The position numbers and the translations under genes were made by a program. A stretch of DNA of 63,483 bases, counting the filler, from Thraustochytrium aureum (lineage: Eukaryota), in NCBI GenBank assembly GCA_012862495.1. It is 6 parts of 5 records of this genome, joined end to end, with 100 filler letters (N's around TTAATTAATTAA, not from the genome) between each part and the next. Parts side by side here need not be neighbours in the genome. Positions count along the whole stretch, not along the records: positions 45,505 to 48,715 come from BLSG01000188.1; positions 48,816 to 54,808 come from BLSG01000190.1; positions 54,909 to 63,483 come from BLSG01000194.1; 3 more parts are not named here. The stretch is one strand, 5' to 3'. The notes under the pieces are model-generated. The model worked only from the letters and a program-made list of their open reading frames with translations. It did not search any database and was not told where the DNA came from. This document shows positions 45,560-56,883 of this stretch, one piece after another (position 1 is the stretch's first letter; each line of letters begins with the position of its first letter).

Positions 45560-47317
45560 TCAGCTCCAGGATTCGAGACGCGCGTCGTTCAAAATACTCG
45601 TGTAGGGCTCCGCGTTGACTTGACGCGAAGGGCACTGCGATACACCACAGCCAACGCTGGCGCAGATGCTTAATAGTGTCGAGATGACATGCTTGTCCGG
45701 CGGGCGATGAAGGAACATGCTCGTCAGCAATTCGCCGAGTCGAGCCGCCGCAGAGCCCTCGGCTGCCGCAAGCGGTGCAGATGGTGCCACGCGCGCCGAG
45801 ACCGTTTGGACCAACGTAACCTGTCCGAGCTTGGCAAACGGTGCAGACCCCGAGGCCAGCGAATAAACCAACGAAGCCTGAAAGTACGTGTCTGACGTTG
45901 CGTCGCAACGAGCGCTGTGGTTGGCGCCAATTCGCTTGGACCCGATGCGTGTCTGGCCGCATGCCAGGTATGCCTCAGGTGTATTGGGAAGCTTGCACGC
46001 CGCTCGGAAGAAGCACGAGAAGCATCTGCAGCGCGTTTTCTGGTTTCGGAGCTCGACATGGCTCGCGTTGGCCGCATCCGGCAGCCTCTCAGCCAGCTGC
46101 ATGGTGTCGAGATCGAGTAGCCGAAGGGCCGGAGTCTCCTGGTCGCTGAGCCGGAGGAAATACTGCCCCAAGTGGTTGTCGTCGTAGACGAAGGTGCCTT
46201 GCTCATGCTCATGCATGAATTCGAAGAGGCATGCAAGCTGCACGCCGACGGCGACCACCACGGGCAAGCTGAGACGGCCATGTCTCTCGAGCACCGAGTC
46301 GAGCGGTGCGCCAGCGATCTCCTTGTTCAAGAGCGGTTGGATCTGAATGACTACTCCCGAGCTAACATGCAAGCAACTCGCCAGCGGGTAGACAATCGAC
46401 GGGTATCGGGTGCGCGCCGTTGCGAAAGCTCGAAAGTCAGCGTAAGCCTGGTACTGGTCCAACGCAAACAGCTTTGCCGCGACAGGCCGGTCGCGAAAGG
46501 TCGCATTGAACAAGACAGACTTGGATCCCTTCTTCAACGTCTTGACCAAGCGCAGATCGTCGCCGAGGCGCTCGCAACGGCGAGGAAACGAGTCGATGCG
46601 CTCGGTTCCTGCAGTCGGAGGTTCCCTGCAAACGATTCTGACGCCCAACGCGAGAGGTTGCCCGAAGTGCTGAAGCTTGCAGTTGGTTGGCAGCTGGCCC
46701 CGAAGGGAGCAGACAAACTCTTTGCAAGACTCGTCGGTGCGAAAGGCCAACAACGTGGTGCCGTTGCGAGCCAGCATGGCGAACGGGGCTTGTAGGCGCG
46801 CGCCGGCCTGCTGAAAGAAATCGGTCGAGGCGATCACCACCTTGGCGCTGGCAGCACGTGCTGCAAGTGCCTGTAGGCGGCTGTTGTCTGCCAGAATTCG
46901 TTCAAGTGAAACGAAATGGGCAACACGACGCGCTTCCGTGGCGAGTTTGGCGCGGCGCGTGTCCAGCGGTCCAGTCAATACGGCTCCCCCCCGCACGGCT
47001 TGTCGTCTCATGGCTGGTTCGCTTGCGCCAAAGAGTTCCGAGAGAGAGCCTCGCCAGCCAAAGAGCTTGTCTTCAGTAGCTGTACATATCTCCTCGCAGA
47101 AGGCGCAGAGCAGCTCACCGGCGGGCGGCGGATCGCTTGCGGAAATCTCTGCGGCGAGCGCCTGTGCAATTTCAGAGCCCTCTGCGACGCGAGCGCTCGG
47201 AGTCGCGCACTTGTAGACGTTCACTGGCAGGTCCTGGTCTTGAGCATTCAGCCATATCCACGCGATGGCCATCGACTGAGAGACCAGCGACGCTGCCATT
47301 ATCCAGTGCAGAACCAT
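45560..47317 (-). CDS. Secretory-pathway protein kinase, PKDCC/VLK-like
   Basis: N-terminal hydrophobic anchor; LKKGSKS..PVAAKL; FMHEHEQGTFVYDDNHLGQYFL; LRLLDLD; Cys-rich insert; CDATSDTY. Confidence 0.7.
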   Translation of the reverse strand: MVLHWIMAASLVSQSMAIAWIWLNAQDQDLPVNVYKCATPSARVAEGSEIAQALAAEISASDPPPAGELLCAFCEEICTATEDKLFGWRGSLSELFGASEPAMRRQAVRGGAVLTGPLDTRRAKLATEARRVAHFVSLERILADNSRLQALAARAASAKVVIASTDFFQQAGARLQAPFAMLARNGTTLLAFRTDESCKEFVCSLRGQLPTNCKLQHFGQPLALGVRIVCREPPTAGTERIDSFPRRCERLGDDLRLVKTLKKGSKSVLFNATFRDRPVAAKLFALDQYQAYADFRAFATARTRYPSIVYPLASCLHVSSGVVIQIQPLLNKEIAGAPLDSVLERHGRLSLPVVVAVGVQLACLFEFMHEHEQGTFVYDDNHLGQYFLRLSDQETPALRLLDLDTMQLAERLPDAANASHVELRNQKTRCRCFSCFFRAACKLPNTPEAYLACGQTRIGSKRIGANHSARCDATSDTYFQASLVYSLASGSAPFAKLGQVTLVQTVSARVAPSAPLAAAEGSAAARLGELLTSMFLHRPPDKHVISTLLSICASVGCGVSQCPSRQVNAEPYTSILNDARLESWS

Positions 47318-48715
47318 GACTTTGAATGGCTTTGTGCAGCGGCTTGTCCTTTGCCCAGTACGTGCCGGACTCGAGCCGTCGCGAGGCTAGCGCTCCTTTG
47401 TGCGTTGTGCGCGACGTTCGAGTTCGTCTCTCTGCTAGTCCAGCGCTGCGATAGGCGCTGCAACTCCTGGCGGCCTGTAGGGCGACACCGCGAATGCGGC
47501 GCTGCTTTTGGGGCGTGGTGTTGATCCACGTCTGCGCGGCTCAGTTCCACGCAGCTGTTCCAAGACTGCCGCACCCCGACGTCACATCATTGTGGACCGA
47601 TCGATCTGCGCTCGAACACGATGATGATGCGTCGGCACGCGCCTCCCGTGCAACCCAAGCGAACAGCGTAAATACTGCAGCCGCGCGGGCTCGAAAAAGC
47701 AATCGGCGTGCAAGTGTCGCACAACAAGTGGAGTAGGTAGAAGAGTACTGGCGCAGTCTGGCGGAGAAAGTAATTCGTGTCCGTGAGGAGTGCCAAAACG
47801 ATCAAGAAGCGACGGTTGCACGCACGGTGAGGCTGGTTGTAGGGTGGTGCTCTCGTGCGCAAGTAGATGGAGTAGTAGTGCTCCACCACGATGTGCCAGT
47901 GGCGGGTACAACTAACTACTAGAGTACGCGGCTACCTACCTACGCAAAAACGACTGCGACTCGTTGTCTTTGACGCTGCCTCGGTTGCGTTCTGTTGTTC
48001 ATGTAGCCGATTGTGCAACAGCCTTGAAGGACGCCGTCGCACTGATGAGCAGCGCCACCCTTCAGGCTGCCAGTGGGGGGTCGACGGCGAACGCGCGAGA
48101 TGCCCGAGCACAAGTTGGACGACTCTTGTTTTGGTAGGGTGGAGAGGGTCAAAACGGCAGGGAACGGAGGACAAATCTGGTGGGTGGAGAACTCAAGACT
48201 CCTGTCTGGTGCATCCTGTTTCGGTCGCTTGGTCGGTGCCTCCAATCACGCCTTCGAGTTGCAGTTTGAACGATCTTGCTCGATGATGCTCATGGCAAAT
48301 GACAGATGAAAGCAGGGTAGAGGAGGGTGCTTTGGCAAGCGGAATCCTTGTCTTTTGGGAAGGGTCGTCTCAGCTTTGTCTCTCCTTGACTGCGTCCACG
48401 CAGTACTAGCTAGCTAGTACCAGTCGTGCTGGCATGGCAGATTGGCGCGGTGGCGATTGACGGGGAGCGCGCCCTAACCTACTATCGACGTGAACCTAAC
48501 CCGAATAGCTGACAACGTTTGTGTTGCTCACAAGCAGAATCAGCAGCGTAACTTTCCAGGATCAGTGCAGTAGGAGGTTCTATGGTTTTGGGTAGTTGAA
48601 AAAATACACGCACGGTACCAACCGGTACCGCAGGTGACCAAACCTGTAACCTAATAGTGAGTAACTGCAAACATGGGGATCGAACAAAACGAAGCTGTTA
48701 CCCTTTGAATTCAGC

Positions 48716-48815
48716 NNNNNNNNNNNNNNNNNNNNNNNNNNNNNNNNNNNNNNNNNNNNTTAATTAATTAANNNNNNNNNNNNNNNNNNNNNNNNNNNNN
48801 NNNNNNNNNNNNNNN
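48716..48815. other. Artificial scaffold spacer
   Basis: 44N-TTAATTAATTAA-44N. Confidence 0.97.
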
Positions 48816-49440
48816 TGCTAATTGTACGAGCCGGATGGCCAAACCGACGGAGACGCTGGAACTGAACGACTTGAACGCGCAGACCGCCACAGATGCAGTG
48901 CGACACACACTGTGGCACAGCAACATTCCCCAATGCAACAAGGAACGTGCGTCCACGTGTCCAACGCCCGCAACATCACCCGCGCTGCACAGCCAACATC
49001 TTCACGACACTGTTGTGTCGCACTGTCGCTGACACACTCCACTCACAAGAACGCGTGCACAACGACACCGTCTCTGTTCTTTGTTCTCAATATATTTTGT
49101 TGAGAGATCGAACGAAGCATTCGTCAGCCCGACATTTTTCGACAGGTGTGCGCGGGGGTTCAGGGGAACGCAGAGATCCGGTTGTTTCGTTACAGACTTT
49201 GTCCCTCGAAAGGAAGAATTTGATTTGGACTTACAGAGTTGGGAGCCTTGCATCGATGCGGCAGACACGGAACGAAAGCGCACGGGCCGGCGCAGCGCAA
49301 CCTGGACGCGGTGGCGCAGCGCGTTTCTGGCGCCGTGCTGCCTTGTTGCTGGCGTGGCGCGGTCCTTGTGTGTCGGTTCGATTCGTTCCAGGCAGGTATT
49401 CTGCTTGCTTTGATCGCGCAAAGGTCGGCTCCTCGCTGTT

Positions 49441-52400
49441 ATGGACGGCATGCTGAGCGGACGAGGCAAAGCAAAGCTGCAGGCGACAAAGCGATTGGAC
49501 GCCGAGCTACATGGATCCCCGAGGATTCGCTCGCCTGGGGAAGGCGGTGAGAAGATTCTGAAGGAGCGCTGGGCCCAAGCAGGGGCAAGGGCCGAGTCCA
49601 CCGTGTTTGCATCCCTCGCCGCGCACGACAGCCAAGGCGTTGGGTTCATCCCCGTCCACTCCCTTGCTAGCGCGCTCGGGCTGTCCCGAAAGGCGCGAAC
49701 CGAGGTGCTCCACGCGAAGGCTGTGCGTGATTGGGTTACCGCGGACGGCGAGCAGGTCAACTACGAAGGCGTTACGCTTGCCCTCAACAGCTTGTTGCTC
49801 CTGGAGGCCTATCCTCTGATCTCAAACGTTTTCCGTCTCAACCCTGTTCTTCGTCCTGGTGACGACTCGCTCGACAAGGACTTTTTCGCACGCTTTGACA
49901 GCGACGAGGATCAGGTCCTCTCTACCACAGAGCTCGAGACGGCCCTTGGGTTCGCTTTTGAGTCGTGCGGCCCACTCCCAGAACAAGTCTGCGCTGAGCT
50001 GATCGCCCAGGCCGTAGACGAGATCTGCGCTGCAGGGGGGCGACCTGACCAGTTTCCAGTGCAACTCCTCGTCGGCATGGCTCGGCAGCCGTGCACATTG
50101 CTTGTCCAAAACTACGCTGTGCGCGCGCTGCGACGCGCTCTCGTCCAAACAGCCTGCGACGGCGTCGAGCAGCGTCGCTTGTTCCAGCTTGTGGACCGCG
50201 ACGGCGACGGCGTGGTCTCGCGCTCGGATCTGTACGAGTGCATGACCTTCTTGGGCTTCCCTGAGCAGTGCTTGACGGACGACGTGGTGGACTACGTTTG
50301 GAGCTCGATCCATGAAATCGGCGGCGGTGGTTGCTCCTCCGGGCAGCTCTCGTCTTTCATCGTGCACCAAGACCCCTACGCAGCGCACGCCGCGCTGGCC
50401 CAATCTGATCAAGATGCCGATGGGTGCTCGCTGGGTCCGGCAGCTCGTTTGGAGCGCGCGGAAGCAGCAAACGAGGCGCTTCGAGTGCAGTGCACCACAG
50501 AGGCGGAGGTAACAAAAGCGACGCGGCAGCGAGTTGGGGTCCTTGACGCTGACAACAACCTGCTTCGCCAAGAAGTGGCGCGCCTGCAGGCTCTGCTGGC
50601 AGAGCGCGAAGCGGCGTGCGCGGGCTCGCTCTCAGCAGCTGCCGTGGGAGCGGCAGATAGACCTCGAACGCCGGACGAGCCGCCTGTGGTGGAAGGCGAG
50701 ACAATCGACGAAACCATGCTCAGGGACGCCGCTATCTACCGAGGCTACTCGCACGAGACGCTTGTTCAGCGGCTTTGCGCGATGCGCCACGAGCTTGTAC
50801 AGGCACGATCAAAGGCCTCGCGACTCGCAAGGCAGACAGAGTCTCTCGAGTGGGCGAGTGCGGACTGGGAACGTCGCTACGAGTGCGTCCACGCATCGCT
50901 CCGCTCAGCAGAGCAGGCGCTTCTGGCACTAGACAACGAAAACGAGGCGCTCCGCCAAGTTCCGCACATGCGACCGAGCCAGCGCGACCAGGGCACGGCG
51001 ACGCAGTGCGACACGGATGGGGCAGAAGGCGTCCAAATAGGCATCGGGGCACGCCGCGGCGACTTTTGGCTTCAAGTCGTCCAGCTCAGCGAGGGAGGCG
51101 CTGCGGCACTGCTGCGGAATGCTGCGCAGGCCGGGGACGTTTTCGTTACCAAGTCAATCATAGCTGCAGCGCGCGAGCGGCTCTCAACGGCGCATGCTCT
51201 CACGCTGCTTGCCGACGCCGATCCCGTCACGGGGGACACGGCCTTGCACTGCGCGTGCCGGTCGGGCTGCGCGCAAGTCGTTGAAATGCTTGCAAAGCTC
51301 GCCGTTGAGCACGGCGTTCGGCTCGACGCTGTCAACGCAAAGCGACAGACAGCCTTGGCGGTCGCACTTGAGAGCCGCCACGCTTTGGCGGCGCGCGCGC
51401 TGAAGCCCGCCACCTTTGACCGCGACTTGCAAGCAGGCGCAAGAACCTTCTCAGGCAGTGGGAAAACATGCGACTCGTGCAGCGCCGGAGAGCGAAACCA
51501 GGAAAAACCTCCAGGCGCAGGACCTTTGCACGAGCTGAAAGCCAACTTTCGCACCGAGCTTGGCGGCCTTACGCCGCTCATGTTTGCCGCGGCCTCTTCG
51601 ACAGATTTGCAACTCTTTGACCGAGTATTGCACGCGCACCAAACCACCGTGAATGAGGTCAGTCATAGCGGATGCACTGCGCTATTCTTTGCGCTGTTTT
51701 GCTCACCGCAAGGGCTCAAATCGAGTTTTGCAAGCCGGGAGGAGGCGGACCGGGTGCAGGTGGACAAGGCACGCGCACTGCTCCTCGCTGGCGCCGACGT
51801 ATCCCGCGAGGACGCCAGGGGCTGGACCGTCCTTGACTACTTGTGTGCGTGGGGTTTGCACGCCCTCTTGGAGCAGTGCGTTTTCGTTCACTGCCGAACC
51901 ATCGACCGCGTCTCTGCCGAGCAGTTTGGGCGCGCTCTGACCATAGCCTACGTACGCGGCCAGAGAGCACGGGCCTCAGATGCTCGGAGTTCTGCTTTCG
52001 GTCCTCCGACAAGCCCGGCCAGGCTTTGTTCGCAAGGCGCTGACCACATACACATCAGACANNNNNNNNNNNNNNNNNNNNNNNNNNNNNNNNNNNNNNN
52101 NNNNNNNNNNNNNNNNNNNNNNNNNNNNNNNNNNNNNNNNNNNNNNNNNNNNNNNNNNNNAACGAAGCGCCGTGCTCGCTGCGAGCGAGTGCGCCTTGGT
52201 CAAGCTGCTGCAGCATCTCGTCAAGCTCGGCGCCAGGGCCAAGACGAACGTCCTCGGTGCTGCCTCGCCAATTGGCAAACAGACTCCACTCATGGTTGCG
52301 GCAGAGGCTGGTGCGCTCGAGTCCGTCGATGCGCTTTTCAGCCTCGCACAGGGCGACGACGCCCGTCTCAAGGTCGACGAACGAGACAAGGAAGGGCGCA

Positions 52401-53519
52401 CAGCGCTTTTCCAGGCCGCTTGCGCCGGCAGGGTAGCCGTCTGCGAGACGCTCATCACGCATGCGCGGGCCAAGGTGACCGCGCGAGAACGCAACGCCAT
52501 CGCCAAGGCACTCAAGGCGCGCGGAGAGCGAGCCCGCTACCAGATCCTGCGCATGCTCGACGCCTACCTCGACCGGCTCGCAGCCGACAAGATAAAGGAG
52601 CGGCTCGAAGAAGGCTTGGCCAGCTTGAGCCCCGAGCAGGCGTTGCTGCTTGCTGGGCATGGCGGACAGGGCTCACCCGAGTCGATCCCACCAAGTCAGG
52701 CGCCTCGGCGCCTCGTCGTTGCCCGGCACGCAGTGAAAGTCGCGTATCCTGACCTGCCTGTACCCGACATGGACACCAGCGATGCCAGGGAGCCTGCATC
52801 TCCAACGTCGCCCTTTTCGCCTGTTATGGCCGGCTCGAACCACCACCTCGTGGGAGAAGCGAGATCACCTGGAGCTGATCCTGAAACCGAGCCTGGACCG
52901 GGGTCGCCGCTTGACCCTGAGAACGCCGTAGACGCAGGCTCCGAGTTCCTCGGCACCATTTTGAGGCTTGTGGACGTGGCAAGCGCTGAGGTTGTCGCCG
53001 GTCCAGGACCCGCAGACCAGCTCGCGGTTGTGCAAATCTGCGTCCCTCCACGCAAGGGCTCGAGTGCGCCGCCCTCCGTTGATTGTTGCTACCGTGCGCG
53101 GCTCGCAGCTGAACGAAGGCCGGGGCGTGGAGTGGGACCAAGTTGACGGGGTCGAGTATGACGGCAAGCAACTCTATGCTGCGGTTCGAGGAGGCGAAAC
53201 GCGGACCCTCGTGGAGCACGGCAGCCTGTTGCGAGCTGTAGACCCGCTCCTCGATGTGGGCACCAAGGTCCTGGCCGAGATTTCAAAACCTAAAAAGTTC
53301 AAGGCAAAGAAGAAAAAGAGGACCAAGGCTCGCGTGCTCGAGCGAGACCTCGAGCAAGGCGGGCTCAGCGCAGTGTATACGCTCGTGCACGGCAAGGACA
53401 ACGACCGTAGAACCGAAGGCGTCAGCCCTGAGCAGATAGTCAAGGTCTTGCCGAGCGCGGCAGGCCTGCGCAAGCGGCCGGCAAGCTCCGAGAGAAAGCC
53501 ATCCCCGCGGAGGTCTTGA
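49441..53519 (+). CDS. EF-hand + coiled-coil + ankyrin-repeat protein with possible C-terminal Tudor/SH3-like barrels (gap and frameshifts)
   Basis: EF-hands FDSDEDQVLSTTE and VDRDGDGVVSRSD; ankyrins GDTALHCAC, GLTPLMFAA, QTPLMVAA, GRTALFQAA; tail LDVGTKVLAE..KARVL..YTL..EGVSPEQI. Confidence 0.75.
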
Positions 53520-53570
53520 AACGCGCGCTGCGAAAACGGTCGCTGGGCGGGGTTCAGGCTAGAGCCCAAA

Positions 53571-53691
53571 CGTTTCTTTCCTCAGAAAGCAGTAGATTAG
53601 TAACTTCTTGCAAGAGCTGTGGTCGTCTCACCGTTTCTTTCTCCAGAAAGCAGTAGATTAGTAACTTCTCGCAAGAGCTGTGGTCGTCTCA
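53571..53691. repeat. 61-bp tandem duplication between convergent genes
   Basis: CGTTTCTTTC..CAGAAAGCAGTAGATTAGTAACTTCTYGCAAGAGCTGTGGTCGTCTCA occurs twice, nearly identical. Confidence 0.9.
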
Positions 53692-54776
53692 ATATGTCGC
53701 CGCTTCCAGCACACGCTGGCCGCAGACTGCGACGCCGAGTTGGCCGGCCAATCCCACGTAGCGCACGGCAAGGTATGCACGCGAGCTCCGCTCTTGCAGC
53801 TCGGGCGCGCACGTGAGTAGAGCCTGGTCGCCATGCAGCGCCCAGTGCTGCAACGACGACTCGAGCGCATTGGGGTCGAACGCGCTCTCTATGCCTTCCG
53901 TTCTGCAAGGTCGTCAACGCGCTCGAGAAACCTCCGCGTCGCTGTGATTCCTGACGCAAGCTCGCTCACGCTGCCCGACCCAGTCCACAAGGACGGCACA
54001 TGCATGACTTGGCCAACCGCCCTGGCGAATGCGGCAGCACGCTCCCGCAGAGCATCGGCGCTCTGGACTGCGGCGCACCAGAATTGGACCTCAGCGGGGA
54101 CAATGGCGTCCTCCTTGTGCTTGGCATCCACGACAGCAAAGACAGGCCCGCTCAGGCCCTGAAGCCCTCCGCTGCTTGGCAGGACAGCGCGGCGTCCGGT
54201 GCGTCGCGGGACGGCGCCAAAGCTGCCTCCGGCCACCACTCCCGCTCGAACCGGCACTTGGCCCACCGGCGGGCCGTCTTCCATATCGAGGTCTTCAGGC
54301 TCGCTCCCGTCGGTACGCGCGGCAGCACTGGGGGTTTCCTCCACCTCTAGGGCAAGGCGCTGCTCGCGGCGCAGGTCCTCCTCCGGTGTCGATAGCGTGA
54401 GGAGCACGACGCCAAAGCAGAGGCGAGTCCCGTCCACACTTACAACGCGCTGGGATACGCGCGCAGAAATCGACTGGTTGACAGACCGCGCAATGAGACT
54501 GATCATCTGCTTACCCTTCTTTCGTGGTGCGCCCTGACCGGGCGTACCGGGAAGGGGCGAGGGGACCGCCACGTTGGTGGCACACACGAGCTGCCTGCCC
54601 TCGCGCACGACGCGACGCGGCACCTTGCACTCTAGAGCGACTGGCTTCGGTGCTGCCTCGGCGCTGTCGGCAGCGGGGCGCGGCAGGTCGCGAGCATCGC
54701 GCTCGCGCCCAACGAGCTCCAACACGTGCTTGTACCAGGCAGAAAGCGCGGCGGGCTCCGGCGGCGCGTCCGTCAT
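53689..54776 (-). CDS. Hypothetical protein (probably extends past 53889 via a frameshift; may be 5' partial)
   Basis: 295-aa ORF; an alternative frame continues GIESAFDPNALESSLQHWAL..LEAATY* to 53689. Confidence 0.45.
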
Positions 54777-54808
54777 TTCTTCGTCGTCTTCGGCCGCCTC
54801 GCCTCCAA

Positions 54809-54908
54809 NNNNNNNNNNNNNNNNNNNNNNNNNNNNNNNNNNNNNNNNNNNNTTAATTAATTAANNNNNNNNNNNNNNNNNNNNNNNNNNNNNNNNNNNN
54901 NNNNNNNN
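54809..54908. other. Artificial scaffold spacer
   Basis: 44N-TTAATTAATTAA-44N. Confidence 0.97.
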
Positions 54909-55166
54909 GTCCGTGATGACCTGGCGTTGCGCCACGGACGTTTGGTTTCGCAACACGCGCACGGTAGGGAACGATATGCGCCCAGAAACAACATCCTGCC
55001 TCCGAAGGCGCTGCTTATAATTTATGCTCATGAGCGGCTGCTTCAGCGCCTTGAGTAACTGCGCCTTGCACTTGCGCTGCTTAACGCGTATCCCAACGAG
55101 CTTGAGGTTGAGGTTGAGCTCCACCCGTTTCCTAGATCGCTCCACTCGCACTCTCACCGGTGCCAT
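54909..55166 (-). CDS. Highly basic hypothetical protein (3' truncated)
   Basis: MAPVRVRVERSRKRVELNLNLKLVGIRVKQRKCK.. is open to the scaffold end. Confidence 0.35.
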
Positions 55167-55246
55167 TGCTGCCAGGTTGCTTGCCTGCCGTCCCTCGGTG
55201 CAACTGCAAACGCTTCGGCACTGCGCCACCTCACCACCTCACTGCG

Positions 55247-55315
55247 GCATGTACAAGATAGGGAGGTAAATTTAGAAATGTACAAATCCCACGTCATCTT
55301 CGAATGTAACGATCC
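55247..55315. repeat. Dispersed repeat B, copy 1
   Basis: ATGTACAAATCCCACGTCATCTTCGAATGTAACGATCC (55278-55315) is 35/38 identical to 56774-56811 and has an upstream CATGTACA. Confidence 0.85.
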
Positions 55316-55511
55316 GTGCCCCCATTTTTGTATGCTTTTGGTGCTATGTATGTACAAACGGAAATGACCTTCCATATTGTACACAGCAGACGCCAAACCA
55401 GACAGCAAATACAGCAGACCCCAAACCAGACAGCGGAAGCAGGAAAGCAAAACAGCAGGCACCCAACGAGACGACGAAACCAAGAAAGCAAAAACAACTA
55501 GCATCCGCACA

Positions 55512-55967
55512 ATGACCACAGTCGTACATATGCTCGATACATGTTACGCGTCCCCGGAGGAGAAATCGGTGCAAAAACTCTTTACATCCGTCGTTGACAG
55601 GAGCATTGAGCAAATTGAACCTGAACATGTTCAGGAGTATACACAGCTGGGCTTTACAATGATTAATGAAGGCGGCGTCACCGCGCGCGCTGTCGCTCAG
55701 CTGGTGTTCAACTATGCGCATCCAGCTACCGGAATCTCGGTCCAAGTATTTGTCCGCAATACAGAGCAGGCGGAGGAGATGTTTGGCATCCTTTCGAGTC
55801 TATCCAAGAGTACTGGCACGGAGCCAACCATGAAAGTGACTGTCATGTCTGAAGACATCCAGGCCCCGAAAGCGAAGCACAACGAGATGATTTTCGATCT
55901 ACGCGATAAACTGTTCGCGTTTCGGTTTTCCCAACCATCCAAGGTTTCTTCGCATGGCATGCTTTAA
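55512..55967 (+). CDS. Orphan 151-aa alpha/beta hypothetical protein
   Basis: Clean ATG-TAA ORF after an A/C-rich leader, with natural amino-acid composition. Confidence 0.55.
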   Translation: MTTVVHMLDTCYASPEEKSVQKLFTSVVDRSIEQIEPEHVQEYTQLGFTMINEGGVTARAVAQLVFNYAHPATGISVQVFVRNTEQAEEMFGILSSLSKSTGTEPTMKVTVMSEDIQAPKAKHNEMIFDLRDKLFAFRFSQPSKVSSHGML

Positions 55968-56065
55968 AAACCAATGCGCATGCTTTAGAACTAGCATTTT
56001 TTCTCGAGCCAACAAATCGAGTTTTTTCAAGGCTATAAGCGAGGAATGCGGGATGATGACGGGCA

Positions 56066-56108
56066 CCAGCACCATGTACAATGGATATGTACAAATGCCA
56101 CGTTACCT
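56066..56108. repeat. Dispersed repeat B, copy 2 (partial)
   Basis: CATGTACAATGGATATGTACAAATGCCACGTTACCT versus CATGTACAGTGGATATGTACAAATGCCACGTCACCT at ~56760. Confidence 0.85.
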
Positions 56109-56719
56109 AAAAGGCGGCAGCTAGTAGCTATAGAGCTCCATTCTTCGCTTCCCAGCTTCCCACCCTTTCCTTTCAGTTCCAAGTGTAGCTCCAATTCCAT
56201 GACAACCAAATAACCACATTTAGAATCTGAGAGATCCACGTTGTTGGATCTTGCAACGGTGGTCGGTCGCTGACGCGCGCGTGGTTTGACTGCAACGAGC
56301 AGAGCCGACCACCTTGCCGGCGGCAGTAGATCGAGCAACCGCTCCGCGACTCGAGCAACCCGATAACAGAGGTGGTAGCAACGCGGCGTCTCACTGCGCG
56401 TAGGTCCGAAGCCCATCCGCTGTCATGCTGCTAGGCGAGCGTGTATTGACTCTAGCTTGAGAGCGTTTGATCGTCCATAGATGCCAAGGCTCAACAGTTC
56501 GCCAGCGTTGTGAGCTGCGTGGCCCATGTTGCACTGTTTTGCGACAAAAGAAGAAACGAAGGTGAGCGTGGACTGCGTTCCAGAGCTTTGTGGAGTTTGC
56601 CATGCCACGCGCCTAAGGGCGCCAGGACACGCGGTCTTCAGGAGAGATTACAATTTTAAAATAATACAAGGATGCGAAGCTTGTAGAAGATCGATTCCTC
56701 GTAATCATGTAGAGTACTC

Positions 56720-56811
56720 AGACTTTCGGTTTCATGAACAGTTGAGAAACCCATGCCAGCATGTACAGTGGATATGTACAAATGCCACGTCACCTTCGAA
56801 TGTTACGATCC
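56720..56811. repeat. Composite repeat A+B at the 3' end of the deaminase gene
   Basis: AGACTTTCGGTTTCATGAACAGTTGAGAAACCCATGCC (A) is immediately followed by repeat B. Confidence 0.85.
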
Positions 56812-56883
56812 AGGGTCGCGGTTGTGAGTGGCTTTGGAGTTCCCGAAGGGCTGACTATCTACCTGTTTTTTTCATTGTAAGTT

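Noticed and set aside
48470..48660. Telomere-like CCTAAC/CCCTAA motifs at a scaffold end
   Set aside because: A few scattered, non-tandem copies; insufficient support.
30675..54864. Five TTAATTAATTAA palindromes as biological sites
   Set aside because: Each is centred in an identical 100-nt N block, so it is an assembly linker. No synteny can be inferred across them.
55247..56811. CRISPR array
   Set aside because: Only three degenerate copies, with 0.7-0.8 kb intervals, no cas genes and a eukaryotic context.
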